This document shows, piece after piece, positions 57,449 to 64,000 of a DNA stretch of 64,000 nucleotides. The notes beneath the pieces are model-generated. The model was not told the origin of the DNA. It was given only the letters and a program-made list of their open reading frames with translations, and did not search any database. Origin of the DNA: an uncultured Candidatus Saccharibacteria bacterium (lineage in GTDB: Bacteria; Patescibacteriota; Minisyncoccia; Phycocordibacterales; UBA9973); NCBI GenBank assembly GCA_964563615.1, contig CAZLWF010000003.1, positions 3,237-67,236 on the forward strand, written 5' to 3'. Positions within the stretch are counted from its first letter, which is position 1. The number at the start of each line of letters is the position of its first letter. The position numbers and the translations under genes were made by a program.

Positions 57449-57454
57449 TTCTCA

Positions 57455-57715
57455 TTACTCTTTGATTTTTTTGAGGGCTTTGGCGTAGCGAGTCTTGTCT
57501 TTCTTCTCGAGGTATTTCAAATGTGTTCGGCGATCAGAAACCATTTTGATAAGTCCGCGCCTAGAATGGTTGTCTTTCTTGTGTTTCTTGAGGTGGGTCG
57601 CAAGTTCGCCGATTGAGGCTGAAAGCATAGCAATCTGGACTTCAGGAGAGCCGCTATCTGTAGCGTGCGCCTGGTTTTCCTTGATGATTTTCTGTTTTTT
57701 CTTTGTCGTTAACAT
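57455..57715 (-). CDS. rpsO: 30S ribosomal protein S15
   Basis: 86 aa. [30 protein letters not shown]...V..RR..L.YL is the S15 signature. Confidence 0.95.
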   Translation of the reverse strand: MLTTKKKQKIIKENQAHATDSGSPEVQIAMLSASIGELATHLKKHKKDNHSRRGLIKMVSDRRTHLKYLEKKDKTRYAKALKKIKE

Positions 57716-57772
57716 GGGGAAATAGTAGCATATTTAAAGGAAAAATGCAAGCCCCCATGCTATACTGACCAT

Positions 57773-58693
57773 ATGAGCGCCTCTATTGATACCTTAAAGC
57801 GTCAATTCCTCGAATATATGGAAATCGAGCGCGGTTCGAGTCTCAAAACCGTCGCCAACTACTCGCACTACCTCACCAAATTCTTTGCCTTTGCCAAAAT
57901 CTCCGATGTTAGCGAGATTAGCGATGATACGATCCGAGAATTTCGACTTCACTTGAACCGTCAGGCTGGTTCGCGTACTCGCGGTCAGCGTAGTGGCACC
58001 ATGAAGAAAAATACGCAGAACTATTACTTGATTGCCGTCAGGAGATTTCTCAAATACTTGATGAAGCGAGGCATTACATCACTTTCCCCTGAACGGATAG
58101 AGCTTGCCAAAGTCGGCGCACGAGAACTTGATCTCATCGGCGGTGATGAACTTACTCGGCTCCTCGATGCACCTGCCAAAACTGATATCCAAGGGCTTCG
58201 TGATCGAGCAATCCTCGAATTATTTTTCTCCACAGGGCTACGTCTCTCTGAGCTTTGCTCGCTCAATCGAGATTTGGATTTATCAAAAGATGAGTTCTCA
58301 ATTCGCGGTAAAGGAGAGAAAGTCCGTGTGGTTTTTCTATCAGACGAAGCCAAAGATGCTATTCGTGTGTATTTAAAATTACGGAAAGACATGGATGAGC
58401 CACTTTTTACCCAGACTTCCAAGAAAAAAAGCATGGATGGTAGCACTCGCCTCTCTCCTCGATCTATCGAACGAATGGTTAGACACTATGCGATCAAAGC
58501 TGGTATATCAAAAAAGGTAACGCCCCACATCATCCGTCACTCATTCGCGACGGACCTACTATCGAATGGCGCAGACATCCGAAGTGTGCAGATGATGCTC
58601 GGTCATGCGAACATTGCAACGACGCAAGTATATACGCATGTTACAGACAGGCAACTAAAAGAAATACACAAAAAGTATCACTCAAAAAAATAA
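57773..58693 (+). CDS. XerC/XerD-family tyrosine recombinase
   Basis: 306 aa. N-terminal SAM-like core-binding domain. Catalytic residues appear in RDRAILELFFSTGLRLSEL, HIIRHSFAT, LGHANIATTQVYTHV. Confidence 0.9.
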   Translation: MSASIDTLKRQFLEYMEIERGSSLKTVANYSHYLTKFFAFAKISDVSEISDDTIREFRLHLNRQAGSRTRGQRSGTMKKNTQNYYLIAVRRFLKYLMKRGITSLSPERIELAKVGARELDLIGGDELTRLLDAPAKTDIQGLRDRAILELFFSTGLRLSELCSLNRDLDLSKDEFSIRGKGEKVRVVFLSDEAKDAIRVYLKLRKDMDEPLFTQTSKKKSMDGSTRLSPRSIERMVRHYAIKAGISKKVTPHIIRHSFATDLLSNGADIRSVQMMLGHANIATTQVYTHVTDRQLKEIHKKYHSKK

Positions 58694-58702
58694 AAAACTT
58701 TG

Positions 58703-58739
58703 TCCCGTACCATCTTGCGAATGCGAGATTGGTTCGGGA
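58703..58739 (+). terminator. long stem-loop after the recombinase gene
   Basis: tcccgtaccatcttgc gaat gcgagattggttcggga (imperfect ~16 bp) followed by tttaat. Confidence 0.6.
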
Positions 58740-58764
58740 TTTAATAGTAAGAAATAAAAAATAC

Positions 58765-59108
58765 CCCCAAATGAATGGGGGCATTAAATAATTAACTCCA
58801 GATCAGATCATTTTTTTGCGGTAGTCCCGGGTTTTCCGGTGCGGGATATGCCGCGCAGCGAGTGTACAATTTTCTGCTTACTCCTACATTATTACGTTGG
58901 TACGTACGTTAGGCTCGCCTAGGCCACGGAGAGACGGTTAGATTTTTAAACCTGTTTTTCTGCTTGCATGGCCGGGTTTATCCGGTGGCAGCAGTGCCGG
59001 CGATGTGATTTACGAACATGAACATTTTTTGCTGAAGGATGCGTCCGCCATCCTTGGGGCCAGCGCGGCCCGGTGCCGAATTGAACTGTTTCATAGGCTT
59101 TATGATTT
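58765..59108 (-). ncRNA. candidate ~345-nt GC-rich structured RNA, unclassified (weak RNase P RNA-like features)
   Basis: Minus-strand promoter TTGACA-N17-TATGAT (59115-59143). Many local GC helices, e.g. AAGGAUG..CAUCCUU, GGGCC..GGCCC, UCCCG..CGGGA, CUGCU..AGCAG. Minus-strand terminator GCCCCC auucauuu GGGGGU + UUUUUU at 58765-58790. The only overlapping ORF (80 aa) looks non-coding. Confidence 0.6.
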
Positions 59109-59114
59109 GTAAGT

Positions 59115-59143
59115 ATCATATACCAAACAAGTTGATTTGTCAA
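59115..59143 (-). promoter_or_regulatory. sigma-70-type promoter TTGACA-17-TATGAT
   Basis: Perfect -35 hexamer at 59138-59143 and -10 at 59115-59120 (minus strand). Confidence 0.6.
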
Positions 59144-59531
59144 GTGCCTGACAATCTGCAAAAAAATAGACTTATTTTGTAAGGCCATCTGGCAGTTTTG
59201 ACTTAGATAGACATTAACATGCCGTCATACTTATGGATGCAGAAGGTTTTCCTTCTGTCGCCGTAGTGCCGTCTTGTGCGCCACTTTTTGAACGTCTCTT
59301 TTTTCTGGGTTTTATATCTGGATCAAACTCTTGTTTAAATATTTTGAACTTCTTTTTGCCTGGCATTAAATCAGCCACCATAAATGATTCAGTTTGATTT
59401 TGCATAGAGTATTTTTTAAGAACGATGAAAAATGTCTAGGAACGAGTATACCTCTTTTATATAAAATGAAAAGTCTCCTCTGTGCATATATGCACTTCAT
59501 CTAATGTATGTCATGCGCTATACTAGTAGTA

Positions 59532-60179
59532 ATGGATTATTCTTCTGCGAAAAAATATTTTCAACGAGCGTATCGTACGGGTAGTGATTTCTGGACATTG
59601 ATGCCGTACAAATTAAAAGGCCGCGATTTGCTTCGCTACTTACCTGCCGGATCAATGCTACTCGATGTTGGTTCGGGTCGTGGCAGATTCCCGCTTGAGC
59701 TAGCACGCTTGGGCTACAAAGTGATTGGACTCGACTACGTGAAGAAAATAGTTACTGACAATAATGAAGAAGTGCGTGTGAATGACATGGCAAGCTCTCT
59801 TCGTTTTGTCGAAGGCAATGCACTCGATATTCCCTTTACTGATGCGTCGTTTGATGGAGTCTTGGACTTTGGACTCATGCAGCATTTCTATCCGCCTGAC
59901 CGCATAACCTATGTTCGAGAAATCAATCGTGTACTCAAGCCTGGTGGCTATGCACTCCTCGTGCTTCTCTCTCGCGAGACAACGTCATATCTTACCTGGA
60001 CTCCGAAGGCACACGCAGATGCTGAGTATGACTATGAAGATGTGCATTATCACTTCTTTACGCCAGAAGAAATCATGGAACTCTTTGGTGAGGAATATGC
60101 GCTCATGAGTAAACGTATCGAATATATTGAAGGTCGCGAAAGTCTCGCCTACCTCGTCATGCTACTTAGGAAAAAATAA
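59532..60179 (+). CDS. class I SAM-dependent methyltransferase
   Basis: Motif I LLDVGSGRGRFPLELARLGYKVIGLD and post-I/II motifs. The start is probably MDYSSAKKYF (59532), only ~8 nt after a TATACT -10-like hexamer. The track start is 59508. Confidence 0.8.
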   Translation: MDYSSAKKYFQRAYRTGSDFWTLMPYKLKGRDLLRYLPAGSMLLDVGSGRGRFPLELARLGYKVIGLDYVKKIVTDNNEEVRVNDMASSLRFVEGNALDIPFTDASFDGVLDFGLMQHFYPPDRITYVREINRVLKPGGYALLVLLSRETTSYLTWTPKAHADAEYDYEDVHYHFFTPEEIMELFGEEYALMSKRIEYIEGRESLAYLVMLLRKK

Positions 60180-60180
60180 A

Positions 60181-60203
60181 AACCCGAACATGTTGTTCGG
60201 GTT
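60181..60203 (+). terminator. intrinsic terminator (acccgaaca tgt tgttcgggt)
   Basis: 9-bp stem immediately after the methyltransferase stop, followed by ttt. Confidence 0.7.
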
Positions 60204-60484
60204 TCGCACATTATAATTTTTACTTCACTGATATGTCTAGTTAGTTGCCTAGACATTCCATAGAGGGTTGGATATGTACTCCTCGTTAGAGTTTTCATAC
60301 TACTAGTCACTGACTAAGTATTGTATAGATATAAATCAATACAACAACCAATAACTGCTATGGCCCTATATGCGAACTTTGCGTCGGGTCTTTCTTTGCT
60401 TCCTTTAGAACTTTATTTACTGTTGGTACAAGTGTATCATAGAATAAATATTCTGTCAAGTTACTTATATTTCTTTGAGGGAAT

Positions 60485-60856
60485 AAAAAAGGGTCACGGT
60501 ACATTTGTCCGGACCCCATTACGCAACTCGGATACGAAGCATGTGCTTCAGTCGGAGTTGCAAGTTGTAGGAGGATTGCTCTTCACCCCTCCATTTTTCA
60601 TAATTGCTAACCAAACCCCCACCGTCCTTTTGGGAAATTCCCTCAAACGAAAGAGTGTCGTACTTGCTGCAAATCTTTTGGTTGCAATGTTTTGCCGGGA
60701 TTTAACCACGGCTCTCGTAGTGCGTGCTCACCCATTACATCTTTTGATGCGGTAGGCTGCTACGCTTGTAGATTACTGCCGAAGATCGATCGTTCGGCAA
60801 ACTGCTGAATGCGCCACTAGCTGCTTCAATAGCGGCTGCGCGTGCTAAGAACTATT
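60485..60856 (-). ncRNA. candidate ~370-nt structured RNA, unclassified
   Basis: Minus-strand promoter TTGACA-N16-TAAGAT (60863-60890). GC-rich helices, e.g. GCAACUCCGACUGAAGC acau GCUUCGUAUCCGAGUUGC, GGAGG..CCUCC, GCCGAACGAUCGAUCUUCGGC. Terminator GGGUCCGG..CCGUGACCC + U6 at 60485-60516. Confidence 0.55.
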
Positions 60857-60862
60857 TGCTAT

Positions 60863-60890
60863 ATCTTAGCATATGATAATATATTGTCAA
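60863..60890 (-). promoter_or_regulatory. sigma-70-type promoter TTGACA-16-TAAGAT
   Basis: Perfect -35 at 60885-60890 (minus strand). Confidence 0.55.
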
Positions 60891-60899
60891 GTTTTCTGA

Positions 60900-61027
60900 A
60901 TAATAAAAGCCCCCTTCGTGTAGAAGGGGGCTTTAGTAATCAGTAATCAAGTCCGGTAATGCTGGGCGGGCGTGTATATAAGCGCTAGGTAGCATAATAT
61001 CCGACAGGTGGTAATGAACTAATGAAC
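60900..61027 (-). ncRNA. candidate ~130-nt small RNA, unclassified
   Basis: Minus-strand promoter TTGACA-N16-TATATT (61034-61061). 9-bp GC terminator AGCCCCCUU..AAGGGGGCU + UUUUAUU at 60902-60932. No ORF. Confidence 0.5.
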
Positions 61028-61033
61028 CCAAGA

Positions 61034-61061
61034 AATATAGCATACTATAATATTTTGTCAA
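61034..61061 (-). promoter_or_regulatory. sigma-70-type promoter TTGACA-16-TATATT
   Basis: Perfect -35 at 61056-61061 (minus strand). Confidence 0.55.
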
Positions 61062-61138
61062 TGACCATGTGCTAAAATGAAACCGAGCTTTATTTGCTAT
61101 ACTGTTTTCATAATTTTTAATTATTAATTTTTTACCAA

Positions 61139-61921
61139 ATGAGAATTATTTCCTGGAACACCAATGGTATACGTGGGACACACAAAGCGGGACTTTTCTT
61201 GCTACTTTTTGCCAAATACAAGCCTGATATGGTTTGTATACAAGAAACCAAAGCTGAGGCAGAACAATTGCCTGATGAAATTAGAAATATCCCTTCCTAC
61301 CAAGCATTCTTCTCTCACTCCAAAGGTCGCAAAGGTTACAGTGGTGTTGGAACGTATGCAAAAATAAAAACCACGAGCACGCATGTCGGATTTACGGTAA
61401 AAGATCTCGATGATGAAGGTCGGACGATGGTGACTTATTTTGATTCACCCGTAGGTGAAGTTGCGCTCATCAATTGTTACTTCCCTAACGGTGGTGGTGG
61501 TCCAGTACGACTTGAATTCAAGCTCAAGTTCTATGATGAATTTCTTAAATTTATCGATCGACTTCGCAAAGAAGGTAAGAAAGTTATTTTCTGTGGTGAT
61601 GTCAATACGGCTCATGAAGAGATCGATCTCGCGAGGCCAAAAGCCAATGAAGAGAATACTGGCTTCCTCCCTATCGAGCGCGCCTGGATCGATGAAGTGA
61701 TAGCTCATGGCTATGTCGATGTCTTTCGTCATAAATATCCAACCAAGGCCGATGCCTATACCTACTGGGACCAAAAGACTGCAGCTCGTGACCGCAATGT
61801 CGGCTGGCGGATTGATTACTTCTTCGTTTCTCCGGAACTCGTCAAAGATATCAAGGCAACGAGTATTCTCTCGGATTACTATGGCAGTGATCACTGCCCG
61901 ATACTGCTTGACATATTTTAG
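61139..61921 (+). CDS. xth: exodeoxyribonuclease III
   Basis: 260 aa. MRIISWNTNGIR, CIQETK, GDVNTAHEEIDL, SDHCPILLDI, the EEP-family Xth motifs. Confidence 0.9.
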   Translation: MRIISWNTNGIRGTHKAGLFLLLFAKYKPDMVCIQETKAEAEQLPDEIRNIPSYQAFFSHSKGRKGYSGVGTYAKIKTTSTHVGFTVKDLDDEGRTMVTYFDSPVGEVALINCYFPNGGGGPVRLEFKLKFYDEFLKFIDRLRKEGKKVIFCGDVNTAHEEIDLARPKANEENTGFLPIERAWIDEVIAHGYVDVFRHKYPTKADAYTYWDQKTAARDRNVGWRIDYFFVSPELVKDIKATSILSDYYGSDHCPILLDIF

Positions 61922-61958
61922 CCAGTTGGGGTTTGGTGTTTACCCCAGCTGGTTTTTT
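61922..61958 (+). terminator. intrinsic terminator of xth
   Basis: ccagttgggg tttggtgttta ccccagctgg followed by tttttt. Confidence 0.8.
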
Positions 61959-62110
61959 ATTACCTCAGGATGTTTGACTACCCAAGAGCTTCTCTTAATG
62001 GCCCGAGGACTTCTGTTGCAAGACGGGAATTATTAGAAAGACGGCCGAATTTGTTAGAAGTCTTCGAAATTATAGAAGCAGAAATATCTTCAGTTACAGT
62101 TTAATAACAA

Positions 62111-62138
62111 AACCCCGAAGCAGTGATGCTTCGGGGTT
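62111..62138 (+). terminator. second stem-loop terminator (aaccccgaagc agtgat gcttcggggtt)
   Basis: 11-bp perfect stem followed by tatttg. It closes a ~150-nt unit with no convincing ORF. Confidence 0.6.
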
Positions 62139-62141
62139 TAT

Positions 62142-62170
62142 TTGACAATAAAATTATATCATGCTATGAT
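62142..62170 (+). promoter_or_regulatory. sigma-70-type promoter TTGACA-17-TATGAT for 62232..63014
   Basis: Perfect -35, 17-nt spacer and -10 TATGAT, ~60 nt upstream of the ATG. Confidence 0.65.
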
Positions 62171-62231
62171 GTAAATATTGCTGGATGAGCAGTCATTTTC
62201 TTTCAAATTTAAAAACAAAAACAACTTCTAA

Positions 62232-63014
62232 ATGAAAAAAATCTTTTCTCTTCTGTTGCTTCTTTCTGGGGCATTTTTTTTGGCTCAACCTGTAGTGAAT
62301 GCGCAGGATTGTGGTGCGAATGCTCCAGATCTTCAAATGAAATGGACACATTATGTTGTTCAGCATCCTGTCGATATGACAAATGAGGTGCACGTTTGCC
62401 CTGGAGCCCAATTAGGATTGCAGGTAAACATTGAGCCTGCACAAACCTACCAAACTAATAATGTGGTTTGGTCCACAGGGGTGAACTCCCAATATCTGGA
62501 ACCAGTAATTGAAGAAGGTGCGTATTTTTATACACTAACGAATCCCAATAATGGATGCGTCTACACTTCACAAACAGTGTGGGTATATAAAGATGCAACC
62601 CCCGATGAGCAGGCCTCAGTTACAAATAACAATAATCTGATAACTGTTACAAATGCTTCATCATTTGAAACAATCCGGTGGATGCGAAACGGGTCTTTCT
62701 TAAAGAAACCGGACGGGACTGTAATTACTGGGTCAACATATACCATGAAAAGAGCTGGTACATACTGGGCATTTGCAACATCAGAAGGTTGTGATGTTTC
62801 ATCACAGCAGTTCATGTACCTAAATAATGGTCTGATGCTGCATTCCGTTGCTGAGATTGACCTGACAAAAGATGAAACAATTGTCATGATTGTAGATAGA
62901 ATGGGCGTGCAAATGCGTACCGACGGTAGTAATCTGCAAAACGGTCAGCTTTACTTCGTGATCATTAAAAGCAGCACCGGCGAAATTGACAAGGTTCCTA
63001 TTTTGAAAGAATAG
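62232..63014 (+). CDS. secreted hypothetical protein with a possible T9SS-type C-terminal sorting-domain-like tail
   Basis: 260 aa. Signal peptide MKKIFSLLLLLSGAFFLAQPVVNAQ. C-terminus ...SNLQNGQLYFVIIKSSTGEIDKVPILKE. Confidence 0.7.
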   Translation: MKKIFSLLLLLSGAFFLAQPVVNAQDCGANAPDLQMKWTHYVVQHPVDMTNEVHVCPGAQLGLQVNIEPAQTYQTNNVVWSTGVNSQYLEPVIEEGAYFYTLTNPNNGCVYTSQTVWVYKDATPDEQASVTNNNNLITVTNASSFETIRWMRNGSFLKKPDGTVITGSTYTMKRAGTYWAFATSEGCDVSSQQFMYLNNGLMLHSVAEIDLTKDETIVMIVDRMGVQMRTDGSNLQNGQLYFVIIKSSTGEIDKVPILKE

Positions 63015-63025
63015 TTTTTACTAAG

Positions 63026-63049
63026 CCAGCGCTCATCCGCTGGTTTTTT
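63026..63049 (+). terminator. intrinsic terminator (ccagcg ctcatc cgctgg + T6)
   Basis: Directly downstream of the 62232..63014 stop. Confidence 0.75.
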
Positions 63050-63097
63050 CTTTGCAATTTTTATAAAAAAGCGTAAGGTTGAACCAAATGATTCTCT

Positions 63098-63247
63098 ATG
63101 CAACTACCCGCATTTTTTCTCATGCTTTTCATTGCTGGATACAGTATTGTGCAAATCGATGATATAGGTATTCTCTTGGCTATTATTTGTATAGCAGCGC
63201 CCGTCTATATTGCAATATTTTTAAGTCTAATAGTAGAAAAAGAATAA
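63098..63247 (+). CDS. candidate small two-TM membrane protein (49 aa)
   Basis: Not in the ORF track. MQLPAFFLMLFIAGYSIVQIDDIGILLAIICIAAPVYIAIFLSLIVEKE, stop TAA, immediately followed by the stem-loop aaccactc ttgc gagtggtt. Confidence 0.4.
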   Translation: MQLPAFFLMLFIAGYSIVQIDDIGILLAIICIAAPVYIAIFLSLIVEKE

Positions 63248-63281
63248 ACCACTCTTGCGAGTGGTTTTGTTATTCCCCATT

Positions 63282-64000
63282 TTAATAATTAAACCATTTA
63301 AACAATCCAACTTTGACTGCGGGTGTATTACAGCCGAGAAACTTGTTCAAGAATTTATTAGTGAGTGATGATTTGATGCCTGGAGTAAAACCGCCCGGAT
63401 CGAGCACGTAGCTATGGAATGTTTGTTGGAATTCACTGAGAGAGTTTTTTAGAGTTTCATCGAACATAGCATTCACTGGACCATCGTAGTAGCCGAGTGC
63501 TGTAAGCATACGTTTTGTTTTGAAGACTTCTGCTGAAGTACTATTTCGACTGATGGAATTATATTCCGTAAATGCTGGGCATGCATCGAGTATCGGCATG
63601 CAGGAAATAATGTTGATCTCGTTTTGTGTCAGTGAACCAACGTTTCCAAGTGATAGATTTATACCAGGTAATGAAGGAATACGATCAGTATAGGATATTT
63701 GAAATCGCTTTACTGCGGCAATGTCGTTGACATCAAATATGCCGTCGATACTAAGTTTCTCACCTTCATGTTCATTCAAGAATTTTTCTAGCTTCTTTAC
63801 TTCATCTGGATTGTTGGCTTTCTCAATATATATTGGCTCTTTGAGATATGGGCATACAAGATTTGCTTGCGCGGTTGATGTATCAGTTGATTTGTTTTCG
63901 ATTGGAAGTAAAGGACTGCCGCCAGAAACCGTTCCTCCTCCCCCGCCGCCGCTTGTTGTGCCTGTGGTCTGGTCAACGACCGTTGTCCCGTCTGTTGGTA
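63282..64000 (-). CDS. peptidoglycan-binding-domain protein, partial (N-terminus beyond window end)
   Basis: The reading frame stays open from 64000 down to the stop at 63282; the track shows only the part from an internal TTG. There are two PG_binding_1-like units (VKKLEKFLNEHEGEKLSIDGIFDVNDIAAVKRFQ; VFKTKRMLTALGYYDGPVNAMFDETLKNSLSEFQ) and a Gly-rich linker upstream. Confidence 0.75.
   Translation of the reverse strand, partial: PTDGTTVVDQTTGTTSGGGGGGTVSGGSPLLPIENKSTDTSTAQANLVCPYLKEPIYIEKANNPDEVKKLEKFLNEHEGEKLSIDGIFDVNDIAAVKRFQISYTDRIPSLPGINLSLGNVGSLTQNEINIISCMPILDACPAFTEYNSISRNSTSAEVFKTKRMLTALGYYDGPVNAMFDETLKNSLSEFQQTFHSYVLDPGGFTPGIKSSLTNKFLNKFLGCNTPAVKVGLFKWFNY

Noticed and set aside
58946-59188. 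80-aa minus-strand ORF
   Set aside because: It overlaps the structured RNA candidate. The translation is rich in His, Arg, Trp and Cys and has no domain-like pattern.
59110-59210. Extending the 58765-59108 RNA upstream to make an RNase P-like P1/P2
   Set aside because: The A/U-run pairing (AUUUUUUUGC/GCAAAAAAAU) could easily arise by chance in AT-rich DNA. A perfect TTGACA-17-TATGAT promoter would then lie inside the RNA. It is kept only as an alternative to test.
59214-59405. 63-aa basic ORF (MQNQTESFMVADLMPGKKKFKIF...)
   Set aside because: It is possibly real, but it has no recognisable family, no clear RBS and no dedicated terminator before the RNA promoter. Support is insufficient to call it.
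60321-60755. 144-aa plus-strand ORF in the 960-bp gap
   Set aside because: It has an alternative start codon and an implausible composition. It overlaps a GC-rich helical region bounded on the opposite strand by a consensus promoter and a terminator. An RNA gene is the better explanation.
60485-60856. tmRNA, rRNA-fragment or RNase P RNA identity for the 370-nt RNA
   Set aside because: It has no T-arm or ACCA tRNA-like end, and no plausible tag ORF ending in hydrophobic-Ala-Ala. The GGUUAAAUCCCGGCAA, GGUGGGGG and UGCAACUC..GAAG similarities to 16S strings are short and wrongly spaced. No GAGGAAAGUCC/ACAGAA P4 pair is present.

Overview
The window is an AT-rich, gene-dense bacterial chromosome segment that includes the replication-origin neighbourhood. 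rpmH-rnpA-yidD-yidC-jag lie on the + strand and dnaA, DnaA boxes and dnaN on the - strand. The streamlined housekeeping genes, the many signal-peptide or TM hypothetical proteins, and TGA used as a stop codon suggest a Patescibacteria/CPR-like genome. That placement is inference only.

Recognisable genes:
- Replication, repair and recombination: polA (partial), ruvB, ruvC, pcrA/uvrD, xerC/D-like recombinase, xth.
- Translation and RNA metabolism: tsaE, tyrS, rsmA, pnp, rpsO.
- Envelope: class A PBP, LysM-M23 peptidase.
- Other: yebC, a PilB/GspE ATPase, comM, a DksA/TraR-type zinc finger protein, a NYN-domain protein, a SAM methyltransferase.

Most interesting content:
1. An 11-gene minus-strand type IV secretion-like operon (21668-36314) lies right next to the origin. 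It has VirB4, VirB6/TrbL-like, PrgI/VirB3-like and lytic-transglycosylase components. It has no relaxase, coupling protein or integrase. Its VirB4 is interrupted by one in-frame TAA.
2. A family of at least 7 intergenic bulged-hairpin repeats has conserved core motifs, while the outer and apical stems differ between copies but stay complementary.
3. Four candidate GC-rich structured ncRNAs sit behind canonical TTGACA-type promoters and end in intrinsic terminators. Two of them are tandem in a 960-bp gene desert.
4. A 3-gene operon encodes two very large Lys/Glu-rich repeat proteins, preceded by a perfect DnaA-box palindrome.
5. A small island is bracketed by two paralogous wHTH-like proteins.

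I found no tRNA, rRNA, CRISPR array or transposase.
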